From positions 1,933 through 65,932 of the forward strand of contig JALNYN010000005.1 of the NCBI GenBank assembly GCA_023229825.1: a DNA stretch of 64,000 bases, written 5' to 3'. The position numbers were made by a program, and so were the translations under genes. Origin of the DNA: Minisyncoccota bacterium (GTDB lineage: Bacteria > Patescibacteriota > Minisyncoccia > Phycocordibacterales > CAIJYI01). A model generated the notes under the pieces. That model made no database searches. It saw nothing but the letters and a program-made list of their open reading frames with translations, and had not been told where the DNA came from. Below, piece by piece: positions 1 to 9,769 of the stretch (its first letter is position 1; each line of letters opens with the position of its first letter).

Positions 1-47
1 AATGATATCGATTAAATATTAAAGTTTGAATACTCTATAAAAATATC

Positions 48-425
48 ATGGACAAGAAAAAAATGCTTATTGTCGAAGATGACGGATTGATCCTCGATAC
101 CTTGGCGCATCGGTTTCGGGAAGAAGGTTTTTACGTCACGGCGGTCTCTGACGGGGATATGGCCCAAAAGAATATTGCTGAAGACTGCCCTGATATTATT
201 CTATTGGATATTCTTATTCCCAAGGTTGACGGGATGAAAGTACTGACAGACCTGAGGGAGAATGAAAATGGCAAAAACGTTCCGGTCATCATTTTAACAA
301 ATCTCCCTGATTCTTCAAAAGTGGCGGAAGCCGTCTCTCATGGAGTATATGATTATCTCGTGAAAGCTGATTGGAAGTTGGACAACTTGGTAAAGAAGGT
401 AAAGGGCTATTTTCCGCAAGCGTAA
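48..425 (+). CDS. stand-alone response regulator receiver domain protein (CheY-like)
   Basis: N-terminal acidic pocket LIVEDDGL, phosphoacceptor Asp in ILLDILIP, conserved T (ILTN) and K (YLVKA); no output domain. Confidence 0.8.
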   Translation: MDKKKMLIVEDDGLILDTLAHRFREEGFYVTAVSDGDMAQKNIAEDCPDIILLDILIPKVDGMKVLTDLRENENGKNVPVIILTNLPDSSKVAEAVSHGVYDYLVKADWKLDNLVKKVKGYFPQA

Positions 426-585
426 GGTTTGATTAACTTTTTCTGAAGAGATATAAAAGCTTCCATGTCCGCTTCATCCTTTATTTACGGTGTATTAACT
501 GATACTCAATTTTACGCAAATATCTTTCATTTTACGGACTTGAACGAGTTTTCCAATTTTTGAGTTTTTATATAATGAAGGCACT

Positions 586-1878
586 ATGAACAATATTATC
601 AAGAATATAGATGAGATCGGCATAACTCCGCTCCGGCGTGATGCGCTGAAAATTCTGGAGGCCGGGTATGAGGCTATTTTGACGTCCAACGCACTTCATA
701 ATTTCATTTCAATACAGGAAAATAAGGCAATTTTCGGAAAAGAACCGGAATCGATCGATCTCGCAGCTTGTGACCGGATATTTGTGGCTGCGATCGGGAA
801 ATGCGCCGTTGACGCGGGGATCGCACTTGAGGAAATTCTTGGAGATAGAATTACCGATGGGGTTGTCGTTGATATTAAATCGGGCGATTTTAAAAAATTG
901 CGCTCTTTTGTCGGAACGCATCCCTATCCTTCAGAACAAAATGTTGCCGCCGCAAAAGAGATCGTCGCCATGATCTCGAATCTGACAGAAAAAGATCTGC
1001 TTATCATGATCATTTCCGGAGGCGGTTCTTCTTTGCTTTCTCTGCCTCATGATATTTCGACCGATGATCTTACCAAGATCACGCGAGAAATAATGGACAA
1101 GGGCGCTCCGATCCGAGAACTCAATATTGTCAGAAAACATCTTTCGGATATACAGGGCGGACAGCTGGCAAAGATCGCCTTTCCGGCAAAAGTCATCTCG
1201 CTCATTTTTTCCGATGTTCCGGGAAACGATCTTGCTGTCATTGCTTCCGGTCCGACGATCATGGATGACAGCATGAGAGATGAAGCAGAGGCGATCCTGA
1301 CAAAATATAACATTCGCAGCGCCGTGGGCATGCCGGCGCTTGAAACGATCGAAACGCCGAAAGAAGAAAAATATTTCACAAATGTCAAAAATATGCTGGT
1401 CGTAACGAATGAGGTGGCGCTTCAGGCGATGGAGAAAAAGGCGGCATCTCTCGGATATAACGCAAAGATCGAAAATGACCGTGTGGAAGGCATAGCACGC
1501 GAATTTGGCGAAGAATTGGCAAGGAAAACATTACCTCCGAAAACCTGTCTTCTGTACGGCGGAGAAACCACGGTCCGCGTCTCGGCACATCCGGGTATTG
1601 GCGGAAGAAATCAGGAGTTTGTTCTGGGGGGATTGCCGTATCTTAAGGAGGATATGGTATTGGTTGGAGCTTCAAGCGATGGAAAGGATTACAGCGATGC
1701 CGGAGGAGCCATTGGAGATAAAGAACTTTTTGAAAAGGGGAAAGCGATGGGTCTTGATACACAGGATTTTCTCGCCAACAATAATTCGTTCGAATATTTT
1801 AAACGAGTCGTAGGACACATTCATACCGGCGCCACCGGAGCGAATGTGGCGGATCTATACTTTATTGTAAAAGGGTAG
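586..1878 (+). CDS. glycerate kinase (GckA/TtuD type, MOFRL family)
   Basis: 430 aa; N-terminal LRRDALKILEAGYEA, Gly-rich ISGGGSSLLS and C-terminal MOFRL-like region typical of glycerate 2-kinase/hydroxypyruvate reductase-annotated family. Confidence 0.75.
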   Translation: MNNIIKNIDEIGITPLRRDALKILEAGYEAILTSNALHNFISIQENKAIFGKEPESIDLAACDRIFVAAIGKCAVDAGIALEEILGDRITDGVVVDIKSGDFKKLRSFVGTHPYPSEQNVAAAKEIVAMISNLTEKDLLIMIISGGGSSLLSLPHDISTDDLTKITREIMDKGAPIRELNIVRKHLSDIQGGQLAKIAFPAKVISLIFSDVPGNDLAVIASGPTIMDDSMRDEAEAILTKYNIRSAVGMPALETIETPKEEKYFTNVKNMLVVTNEVALQAMEKKAASLGYNAKIENDRVEGIAREFGEELARKTLPPKTCLLYGGETTVRVSAHPGIGGRNQEFVLGGLPYLKEDMVLVGASSDGKDYSDAGGAIGDKELFEKGKAMGLDTQDFLANNNSFEYFKRVVGHIHTGATGANVADLYFIVKG

Positions 1879-1984
1879 ACAACGGAGCAATTGAACAATA
1901 GAACGATAGAACACCTCAAATTCAACGACCGAGGTCTCCCTTGGCCGTTTTTTTGCACTTTTTTCTTTCATTGTTTACAATGGG

Positions 1985-2734
1985 ATGATGAAAAACAACT
2001 CTATACATTTGGTTTCGCTTAATATCGAACATGACAAGCATTACGATGCTGTTATCCCTTTTTTGAAAGAGCAAGATCCTGATGTGGTTTGTCTGCAGGA
2101 AGTTTTTGAAAAGGACGTTCCTCGATTTGAAAAGGAGCTTGGCATGCGCGGTTTTTTTTCGACTTTCTTTCTTTGGCCCGGTGAAGCTGGCGGCAATACC
2201 CTTATTCCGCTCGGCGTGGCGATCCTTACCAAATTACCCATTATCGGAACGCTATCACAGTACTACGCAAACGACCCCTCAAACTTGCATGAAAAGTCGA
2301 CGGGTATGGATGATAATGAGGCGAGAGCGCTTTTGTCGGTCGTTGTTGATGTCTCCGGCACGCGCTATACCATTGGTACTACGCATTTTACTTGGACGCC
2401 GAAAGGGAGCGTCGATGATCGACAGCGGCGCGATCTCAAAAACTTTTTTGAAAAAACAGATGCGTTCAAAGACGGCATCGTATTTTCCGGCGACTTCAAT
2501 GCGCCTCGCGGAAGAGAGATATTCGACGAGATCGCGAGACGGTTCAAAGACAACATTCCGCCCGATTACGCGACCTCTCTTGATCCGACGCTTCATCGCG
2601 CGCCTGAAGATGTGAAATATCTTATGGTCGACGGTCTTTTTTCCACCCCTGAATATTCGGTGAGCAACGTATCGCTCAGGTTCGGAGTAAGCGATCATGC
2701 CGCGATCGTTGCGGACATCAAAAAGAACAGATAA
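1985..2734 (+). CDS. endonuclease/exonuclease/phosphatase (EEP) family protein
   Basis: SLNIEH...CLQEV N-terminal EEP motifs, C-terminal SDHAAI catalytic His region. Confidence 0.7.
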   Translation: MMKNNSIHLVSLNIEHDKHYDAVIPFLKEQDPDVVCLQEVFEKDVPRFEKELGMRGFFSTFFLWPGEAGGNTLIPLGVAILTKLPIIGTLSQYYANDPSNLHEKSTGMDDNEARALLSVVVDVSGTRYTIGTTHFTWTPKGSVDDRQRRDLKNFFEKTDAFKDGIVFSGDFNAPRGREIFDEIARRFKDNIPPDYATSLDPTLHRAPEDVKYLMVDGLFSTPEYSVSNVSLRFGVSDHAAIVADIKKNR

Positions 2735-2787
2735 TTTCTACAAGCGGAAAATGGCGGTGAGAATAAAATTTTGATATAATTAACATC

Positions 2788-3705
2788 ATGATCTACGCCA
2801 CCCAAACTTTGGAAAGCGTGCTCGAGCAGTACGAAAAACAAAAAGAGATACTCGAACGTGCGGAAATTTTGGTGTCATTTGCGAATGGCGACCAAGGAAT
2901 CGTCGGGATCGATGGAAGAGCCTATCCCTTGCCGAGCCGCGAGGATATCCAAAACCGCGCAAATGGCAACAGGGAAGTGCTTGAAACAAAGGTCCTGCAA
3001 GGTTTTTCACGGCTCATCATGACGCCCTTCGGAATGTCACTCGATCAATTCCATGAAAAAGTATCCGGCGTTATTCTCAAACATTCGGAAGAGGCAAAAC
3101 TCTTTGCGACAAAAAAAGATCTGAACGATCCGAACGAAAAACTTATCCCGGTCGACCTCGATGCGAATCAGCCATTTTGGCGATGGGATAAATATAAAGA
3201 TGCCAATAAAAATGGGACATTGGTTTACGATCCGATCGAATTTTCTGAAAAGCACCAAGGTAAAACGAAACTGCAGATACTCGCCGATACGACGGGAGGC
3301 GGGAGTTCCGGCTGGCGAGTTTCTCTTGTGGAGGACATTCCCAACCTGCCATTTGAAAAAGCGGGTAAAACCATCGGAGGAAGAAGGCAGATCGAAGCAA
3401 ACAAGTCGCCGATCGATTACCTCGCTTCCTTTCAATCGGATCGCAATTATGTGAACGAGCACGGTATGACCCCGGAAGATTGGGCAATGTATTTTCTTTC
3501 ACATCTTGAAGAAACCGATCAGATCATTGACGACTATGAGGGTGCTGGAAATGTTTCTTGGAATCTCGGCGGCTATTTCCCCGAAAACTCCGGCGTTCCT
3601 ACCGCATGTTTTGTACGCAGCGTTCGTCAGGTGCGTGCCGGCTGGCTGGGAGCCAGATATTTCGGTCCGGTGTATTGCGCCAGGTCTCTTGTGAGGATCA
3701 TTTGA
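2788..3705 (+). CDS. hypothetical protein
   Basis: 305-aa ORF, no recognisable motifs; C-terminal 40 aa look non-native (possible frameshift or over-extension). Confidence 0.35.
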   Translation: MIYATQTLESVLEQYEKQKEILERAEILVSFANGDQGIVGIDGRAYPLPSREDIQNRANGNREVLETKVLQGFSRLIMTPFGMSLDQFHEKVSGVILKHSEEAKLFATKKDLNDPNEKLIPVDLDANQPFWRWDKYKDANKNGTLVYDPIEFSEKHQGKTKLQILADTTGGGSSGWRVSLVEDIPNLPFEKAGKTIGGRRQIEANKSPIDYLASFQSDRNYVNEHGMTPEDWAMYFLSHLEETDQIIDDYEGAGNVSWNLGGYFPENSGVPTACFVRSVRQVRAGWLGARYFGPVYCARSLVRII

Positions 3706-3764
3706 CCCGAGATAGTTTTTTCCACTTAAATTTTAGGGTTTGCGCAAATTTTGTTCTATAATAA

Positions 3765-6101
3765 GTGCATAGACTCTTTGTCTCATCTAAAAATGTAGAA
3801 ATTCGCATGTGGTTCTCAGTGAAAAAATCTCGAAAAATCATCTCGCTGACGTTTGCTCTTTTTTTGGCTTTTCTCGCCCTTGCTTTTTCCGCGGGCAATT
3901 TTTTTGGTCTGACCCCGATTATCGTAAATTTCACTCAAGCGAATACGGATACGGTTCCTCCGTTCATCAGCAATATGGCCGTCACTTCAGATAAGAATGG
4001 CGCCGCTTTGCTGTGGAACACGAATGAACCATCCGCGGCGGAATATTCTTGGGGGACCACTCAATCATATGAAGGGGGGACGGGTAGCGATCCCGTGTAT
4101 TCGACCAAACATCGCGTTGTTCTCAGTTCCATTGAACAAAACGTAACCTACCACTATAAAGTGGTCTCAACAGACACTGCAGAAAATTCTTCCGTGTTCA
4201 TCGGAACCTTCGTCATCGACAATGAAAGCGATACGGTCGCTCCTGCGAATCCTTCCGGATTCAAGGCGAGCGTATCAGGTGATTCCATAACGCTGACTTG
4301 GACGAACCCCCGCGACACGGATTTCGCTTCCGTGAAAGTCGTTCGCAGCATGACGAGCTACCCCAGCGTTCCTTCGACCGGTAACGTCATTTATGAAGGA
4401 AAAGCACAAAAGGTTATTGATACGACTCCCGCAATAGGGGTAAAATATTTCTACTCGATATTCGCGAAAGATCCTTGGGAGAACTATTCATCCGGATCTT
4501 TTACTTCCGCAAAGGTTGCAGCACCCGAGCCTCCGGTAGTAACTGCTCCGATCGCTCCTATCGACCCGCCGGTAAAGGCTGCTCCGCCGCCGACCGCTGT
4601 TCCGGTTAAAATTGCCACAACAACACCGACGACAACAACGAATGTTCCGACTGCCGCAAGCAGTACGGTCAGTGCGACGGCTTCGAGCACGCCCGTGTCG
4701 GCGACAACAGCGCCGGAAAAAGAAAAAACAACTCCTGCAGCTCCTTCCGTTTTTTCGCTTTCGCTTTCAGACTTTGAGTTCTACTCGAAGGGAGGTGCGG
4801 AGTCAAAATTAATACTTGAGGGCAATTCCATTTCCGCGGATTCCAATAAAAATATCAGAATATCAATTCCACTTAATAAGCTCCCGGTGGGTTTTCGTTC
4901 CGTCATATTAAAAGTCAACAACATCGAGAAAGGCAAGGACGAGTCTCAATATGTTTTTGCGGTAAACGGCGCACGTTCGGAGACGATAGTTGATCTCAAT
5001 GGAGAATCGGGATCGCACGCTTTTCAGATCGAAGTTTTAGGAAATGAAAAAAAAGTCCTTGCTGAAACACGCGGGGCATTCATTCTTGACGCAAAGCCGG
5101 CTCCGCTTCCTGTAGCAAATCTTCTCGCTCCGGCTCAAATCGTACAAGTCACGGAAACGATCGAAAAGGTCGCACCGAAGGCGCTCCCGATCGGTGTTGC
5201 CGTAAGCATGTCTCAGAGCGCCGTATTGGTGAGTAATATCGGTTCATTCTACGATGTTTATTTGATACTTCTGAAGTGCTTCGGCGCCATATTGGTATTC
5301 TTTGGAAAGAAAAAACCGAAATCGTGGGGCGTGGTGTATGATTCCGTCACGAAACGTCCGATCGATCCCGCATACGTGGTTATGGAGGATCTCAAGGGTG
5401 AAAAAAAGAAAAGCGCCATAACGGATATCAACGGGCGCTATGGTTTTCTCGCAGAGCCGGGCGCGTATTCCATTACCGCTAACAAGACTCACTACAAATT
5501 CCCGTCTCAGATATTGGCCAACAGAAAACGCGATGAGATGTACGACGACCTGTACTTCGGCGAGATATTCGATTCGACCGATAATGCCGTGATCCAATTC
5601 AATATTCCTCTTGATCCCGTAGAGTTCGACTGGAATGAGTTTATAAAAAATAAGGAACATCTTTTCACTCAGTATTCCAGGAAAGAAAAAATACGTTCAT
5701 TCGTATTCAATTTACTGTTTCTGATCGGTTTTTCGCTTTCGGTGGCATCAGTTATTTTTTCTCCGAGCATTTTTAATATTTCTATCTTCGCCTTCTATGT
5801 CATAAATATTACGTTCCAAATGCTTTGGAAACGCAAGCACAAAGTTACGGTTCTCTTAGGAAAGGACGGCAGACCGGTCTCATTCGCGATGATAAGCGCT
5901 GAATTGTCCGGATTATCCATTCCGATAGTTAAAAAAGTTACGACCGATATGCTCGGAAGATTTTATCTTCTTACGCAGCCCGGCGTTTACGATATAAAAG
6001 TTGAGGAAAAACAGGGAGACGAAACATATAAAGAAATTTATCGGATGCCCGAGGTCAAACTGGATAACGGCGTGTTAACGAACAATATCGTTGTTCGATA
6101 G
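3765..6101 (+). CDS. large membrane-anchored surface protein (FN3-like repeats, Pro/Thr-rich linker, CarboxypepD_reg-like domain)
   Basis: N-terminal hydrophobic anchor, two FN3/PAP-N-like segments (TWTNPRDTDFASVKVVRS), PT-rich low complexity 4500-4750, internal TM helices, ITDINGRYGF beta-sandwich motif. Confidence 0.5.
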   Translation: MHRLFVSSKNVEIRMWFSVKKSRKIISLTFALFLAFLALAFSAGNFFGLTPIIVNFTQANTDTVPPFISNMAVTSDKNGAALLWNTNEPSAAEYSWGTTQSYEGGTGSDPVYSTKHRVVLSSIEQNVTYHYKVVSTDTAENSSVFIGTFVIDNESDTVAPANPSGFKASVSGDSITLTWTNPRDTDFASVKVVRSMTSYPSVPSTGNVIYEGKAQKVIDTTPAIGVKYFYSIFAKDPWENYSSGSFTSAKVAAPEPPVVTAPIAPIDPPVKAAPPPTAVPVKIATTTPTTTTNVPTAASSTVSATASSTPVSATTAPEKEKTTPAAPSVFSLSLSDFEFYSKGGAESKLILEGNSISADSNKNIRISIPLNKLPVGFRSVILKVNNIEKGKDESQYVFAVNGARSETIVDLNGESGSHAFQIEVLGNEKKVLAETRGAFILDAKPAPLPVANLLAPAQIVQVTETIEKVAPKALPIGVAVSMSQSAVLVSNIGSFYDVYLILLKCFGAILVFFGKKKPKSWGVVYDSVTKRPIDPAYVVMEDLKGEKKKSAITDINGRYGFLAEPGAYSITANKTHYKFPSQILANRKRDEMYDDLYFGEIFDSTDNAVIQFNIPLDPVEFDWNEFIKNKEHLFTQYSRKEKIRSFVFNLLFLIGFSLSVASVIFSPSIFNISIFAFYVINITFQMLWKRKHKVTVLLGKDGRPVSFAMISAELSGLSIPIVKKVTTDMLGRFYLLTQPGVYDIKVEEKQGDETYKEIYRMPEVKLDNGVLTNNIVVR

Positions 6102-6169
6102 ATCAAAATAAAGCCGTCCAAAAGGGCGGTTTTTTGCTTACAAGCCAAAAATATGGTAAAAATAGAGAT

Positions 6170-7501
6170 ATGGAAAATCAAAAAGTTACGATGGATAAGA
6201 TCGAATCCCTCGCAAAACGGCGCGGTTTCATTTATCGCGGATCAGAGATCTACGGCGGACTTGCCGGGACATGGGACTACGGACCGCTCGGCGTCGCGCT
6301 CAAAAAGAATATCAAAGACCTGTGGTGGAAACGTTTCGTCGAAGATAGAAGCGATATGTACGGCGTGGACGCGGCAATACTGATGAGTTCAAAAGTATGG
6401 GAAGCGGCAGGACACGTGGCGACATTTACCGACCCGATGGTGGAATGTGAAAAATGCAAAAAAAGGTTTCGCGCGGATCATCTTTCTCCAGACGGGAAAA
6501 CGGATTTTTCTTGGGTATGTTCGGAATGCGGACATTCCAATGGGCTTTTTGAACCTCGCCAATTCAACATGATGTTCAAGACATCCATCGGGGCGGTGGA
6601 GGATTCTTCTTCGATCGCGTATCTTCGACCGGAAACGGCGCAGGGGATGTTTGTGAATTTCAAAAACGTCGTCGATTCTTTTCATCCTCGATTGCCGTTT
6701 GGCATGGGACAGATCGGCAAAGCGTTCCGCAACGAAATTACCCCGCGCGATTTCGTGTTCCGCACTCGCGAGTTCGAGCAGATGGAGATAGAGTATTTTG
6801 TTAAACCGTCCGAATGGGAAGAACATTTCGAACTCTGGCGGAAAGAAATGCATCAGTGGATGGAAGATATCGGATTGCGAAAAGAAAATATCCACGAACT
6901 TGAAGTTGCAGACGAAGATCTGGCTCACTATTCGAAGCGTACGATAGACTTTGAATTTGATTTTCCGTTCGGTAAAAAAGAATTGTACGGTCTGGCGTAT
7001 CGCACTGATTTTGATCTGACAAGCCACCAAAAAGAAAGCACCGTTTCGTTGGAATATATCGACGAAGCGGAAAAAACAAAATACATCCCGCACGTGGTCG
7101 AGCCGACCTTCGGACTGGATAGAACGATCCTTGCCGTACTCTGTACCTCATACCACGAAGAAGATGTGGAAGGAGAAACGCGCGCCGTTTTACGCCTCCC
7201 GAAACAACTCGCCCCGATCAAAGTTGCGATCTTGCCGCTTTCCAAAAAAGAAGAACTTTCCGCCGTGGCGCGTCCGATCTTCGATACGCTGAAAAAAGAT
7301 TTTGTTGTTTCGTACGACGAAACGCAATCCATCGGCAAGCGTTATCGCCGTCAGGATGAGATCGGTACGCCGTATTGCATCACCGTCGATTTTGAAACTC
7401 TGAACGACAAAGCCGTAACCGTCCGCGACCGCGATACGATGAAACAGGAGAGGATAGCGATCGAAAAACTGCCTGAGTATTTGAAAGAGAAATTCCAATA
7501 A
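6170..7501 (+). CDS. glyQS: glycine--tRNA ligase (dimeric class II GlyQS type)
   Basis: IYGGLAGTWDYGPLG, zinc-ribbon insertion CEKCKKRF...CSECGH, class II motifs, C-terminal anticodon-binding domain; likely start at MENQK. Confidence 0.9.
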   Translation: MENQKVTMDKIESLAKRRGFIYRGSEIYGGLAGTWDYGPLGVALKKNIKDLWWKRFVEDRSDMYGVDAAILMSSKVWEAAGHVATFTDPMVECEKCKKRFRADHLSPDGKTDFSWVCSECGHSNGLFEPRQFNMMFKTSIGAVEDSSSIAYLRPETAQGMFVNFKNVVDSFHPRLPFGMGQIGKAFRNEITPRDFVFRTREFEQMEIEYFVKPSEWEEHFELWRKEMHQWMEDIGLRKENIHELEVADEDLAHYSKRTIDFEFDFPFGKKELYGLAYRTDFDLTSHQKESTVSLEYIDEAEKTKYIPHVVEPTFGLDRTILAVLCTSYHEEDVEGETRAVLRLPKQLAPIKVAILPLSKKEELSAVARPIFDTLKKDFVVSYDETQSIGKRYRRQDEIGTPYCITVDFETLNDKAVTVRDRDTMKQERIAIEKLPEYLKEKFQ

Positions 7502-7507
7502 AAAGTA

Positions 7508-7546
7508 AACGACCACCGGACCTGAGTCCGGTGGTCGTTTACATTT
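7508..7546 (+). terminator. hairpin terminator downstream of glyQS
   Basis: aaacgaccaccgg/ccggtggtcgttt 13-bp stem followed by T-rich tract. Confidence 0.55.
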
Positions 7547-7615
7547 TACTTATAGCTCGCCTATCGCACCCGATCGATCTATACCTCTCACACTTTTGTT
7601 TCAAAAAACACACAA

Positions 7616-8102
7616 GGCAAATTCTAGCATATGCCGCCTAGCCGGATTAATTTGGTTGATAATCGCTCGGACCATAGACCATTTTTCATCCAGTTTTATC
7701 CAAAACAAAAACGAGTATCGCCGGACGGGGTTTGTAACCCCGTCCGAAACGTTTGGCGATCTTGATCGAGTCTGTGCTTCAAATTAACCATAAACGAAGC
7801 CTCCAAATGTTTCGGACAGGGGTATCCCGCTCGCAAGCGGGACCCCGCACGCTGCGGTGGCAACCCCAGTCCGGCGACGGGGCTGTGATCGGATCATATT
7901 TTCATTCGTATACAGATATTCATATATTATTTTTGCGATCAAAATTGCTGATTTCAACTTCGCAACATGACAATTCTCATGTATTTTTTTCATACACGCG
8001 AATTGTGTCAAAAAACGTCAAAAAAGGCTTGCGCTATCGAACTAAAACTACGATAGCACCAACCAAGTTAACGCGGCTATCACGCATATGCTAGAATTTG
8101 CC
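7616..8102. mobile_element. MITE-like non-coding element bounded by 19-bp perfect terminal inverted repeats (ggcaaattctagcatatgc)
   Basis: Left end ggcaaattctagcatatgc and right end gcatatgctagaatttgcc are exact reverse complements; interior has no credible ORF and carries a family-A structured repeat. Confidence 0.55.
7719..7882. repeat. family-A palindromic repeat, copy 1 (inside the TIR element)
   Basis: ccggacggggtttgtaaccccgtccgaaacgtttgg ... ccaaatgtttcggacagggg ... caaccccagtccggcgacgggg; nested hairpins; related copies at 19.2 kb and 31.8 kb. Confidence 0.55.
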
Positions 8103-8154
8103 TACAAAGTGAGAAATAGAAAATTATTTTACAATTAAAAATTTTTTATTTTTT

Positions 8155-8194
8155 TTACAAAAAATCGCCGCGGTCCGAAGACTGCGGCGATAAC
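8155..8194. terminator. bidirectional hairpin terminator (3' of PhoH2 gene)
   Basis: atcgccgcggtc-cgaag-actgcggcgat stem-loop flanked by T/A tracts on both sides. Confidence 0.55.
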
Positions 8195-8231
8195 TTTTTT
8201 CGATAGTGAATATCAATTTTTATGATATTGA

Positions 8232-9635
8232 TCACCAATTATTGGCGACGAATTCAGCAAGTTCGCTTCTTTCGCAGCCGACGAGCGTCACATGAGCGCA
8301 TCTCTGGCCGATCTTCGAGGATTCTACCGCATGGGTAAGTCCGCATGATTCGGCGGAAAGATACTGAGATGCAATTTGCCGGACATTTCCGAGAAAGACG
8401 AATTTCGTTCCCGGACCGGCGCGCGTGCCCAAGTCGAGCGCTTGTTTTGGCGTTAAATTTTCCGCTTCATCAACGACAACGAACTTTCTGTGGAATGTTC
8501 TGCCCTGCATCGGTCCAATGGAACGCATTTTGACGTAGCGCTTCATTAGATCCTGTGCCGTTTGTTTATGTGCAGCATCGATGCCTGATGTCAAAAAATC
8601 AAGGTTGTCGGTAAATGCCATAAGCCATGGAGCCATTTTCTGCTCTTCGTTGCCCGGAAAGGTCCCAGGGTCGATACCGATCGGCATGATCTCTTTGGTA
8701 ATAGTAATCTCGTTGTAGAGACGCCAGTCAATTACCTGCTCCAGTGCGGCAGCAAGAGTGAGGAGTGTTTTTCCCGACCCGGCTTTTCCGGCCCCGGAAA
8801 CGAAATGAATTTCAGGGTTCATGAGGGCATTCATAAAGAAGTTCTGCTCTTTATTGAGTGCATGAAGTCCCCAAACATTCTTATCTTTCGTATAATCATA
8901 AATAGTGCTGATGGTTGCGTAGCCTTCATAGTCGAGTTTGCGAACCATGAATTCTTGAATTCCTTCCTCTGTGATCAGGGTAAGAAATTGATTCGGAAAC
9001 CATGCGTTGGAAAGAGTGGTTTTTATATCCCAATACGTGAGTCCGTTCTCTTCTTTTTCGCTGAGCTTTTTGGTTTTTTTCCAAAAATTTTCCGGCAGAT
9101 CCGCCATTCCGCTGTAGAGAAAGTTGATATCGTCGATCGCTTTGGCTCTGGCGTACTCTTCCACTTTGACACCGCACATGAGCGCGGTGATCCGCGCGAT
9201 GCTATCTTGCGTTATGAAAATAACGTCAACGCTTTCCCCGAGTTTTTTTTGTAGTTCGCTCGCAAAATTTATGATGGGTGCATCGGGATTGAGCGGCATG
9301 AGCAGCAAGCTGGCATGACTTGATTCAAAAAATACGCGTCCGGTTTTTGAAGAAGGACCTTTTTTTCCGTAATAGGAAATAGCTTTGGATATCGGAAGTC
9401 CTTTTTCCAGATCGTCGGGACTGGCGCCGCGAAGAAGTTCGGAAAAATATTTGGTGGTGTGCCGAGCATTTTTTGCAAGTTCCGGTTTTCGGATATTGGT
9501 CTTATGATTATCCAGTTCGCGCATAACGGCGATAGGGACATAAATGTCATGCTCGTCGAAATTAAAAAGCGCGGCGGGATCATTCCCATAAATGCAGGTA
9601 TCCAGTACGAATACCGTTTCTTTTGTTCGCTTCAC
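8232..9635 (-). CDS. PhoH2-type protein (N-terminal PIN domain fused to PhoH-like ATPase)
   Basis: PIN-like VFVLDTCIY...D residues N-terminally; Walker A GAGKAGSGKT, Walker B VVVDEAEN; probable GTG start preceded by GGAGG (ORF track extends to 9689). Confidence 0.8.
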   Translation of the reverse strand: MKRTKETVFVLDTCIYGNDPAALFNFDEHDIYVPIAVMRELDNHKTNIRKPELAKNARHTTKYFSELLRGASPDDLEKGLPISKAISYYGKKGPSSKTGRVFFESSHASLLLMPLNPDAPIINFASELQKKLGESVDVIFITQDSIARITALMCGVKVEEYARAKAIDDINFLYSGMADLPENFWKKTKKLSEKEENGLTYWDIKTTLSNAWFPNQFLTLITEEGIQEFMVRKLDYEGYATISTIYDYTKDKNVWGLHALNKEQNFFMNALMNPEIHFVSGAGKAGSGKTLLTLAAALEQVIDWRLYNEITITKEIMPIGIDPGTFPGNEEQKMAPWLMAFTDNLDFLTSGIDAAHKQTAQDLMKRYVKMRSIGPMQGRTFHRKFVVVDEAENLTPKQALDLGTRAGPGTKFVFLGNVRQIASQYLSAESCGLTHAVESSKIGQRCAHVTLVGCERSELAEFVANNW

Positions 9636-9769
9636 GGGGCATCCTCCTTTTTGTGGTTTAGGGTGGTCAATAATTGATGAACTTTTCAAGGTTCAATATG
9701 ATGTCATCTACTATAAAACTACCGCATTAGCGAGTTAGCGTCAATGACGAATCTTGGCACATTTAACCG

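Noticed and set aside
7596-8094. ORFs 7596..7787 and 7753..8094 inside the TIR element as a possible transposase
   Set aside because: Both are short with no HuH, DDE or other catalytic motifs and no RBS. They cross the structured repeat core. Treated as non-coding.
8805-9254. 149-aa plus-strand ORF antisense to the PhoH2 gene
   Set aside because: Entirely embedded antisense in a well-supported conserved CDS, with no motifs. Same reasoning applies to antisense ORFs 9833..10750, 11409..12062, 12333..12887, 6389..7093, 16006..16596, 22618..23466, 56659..57231 and 58548..59444.
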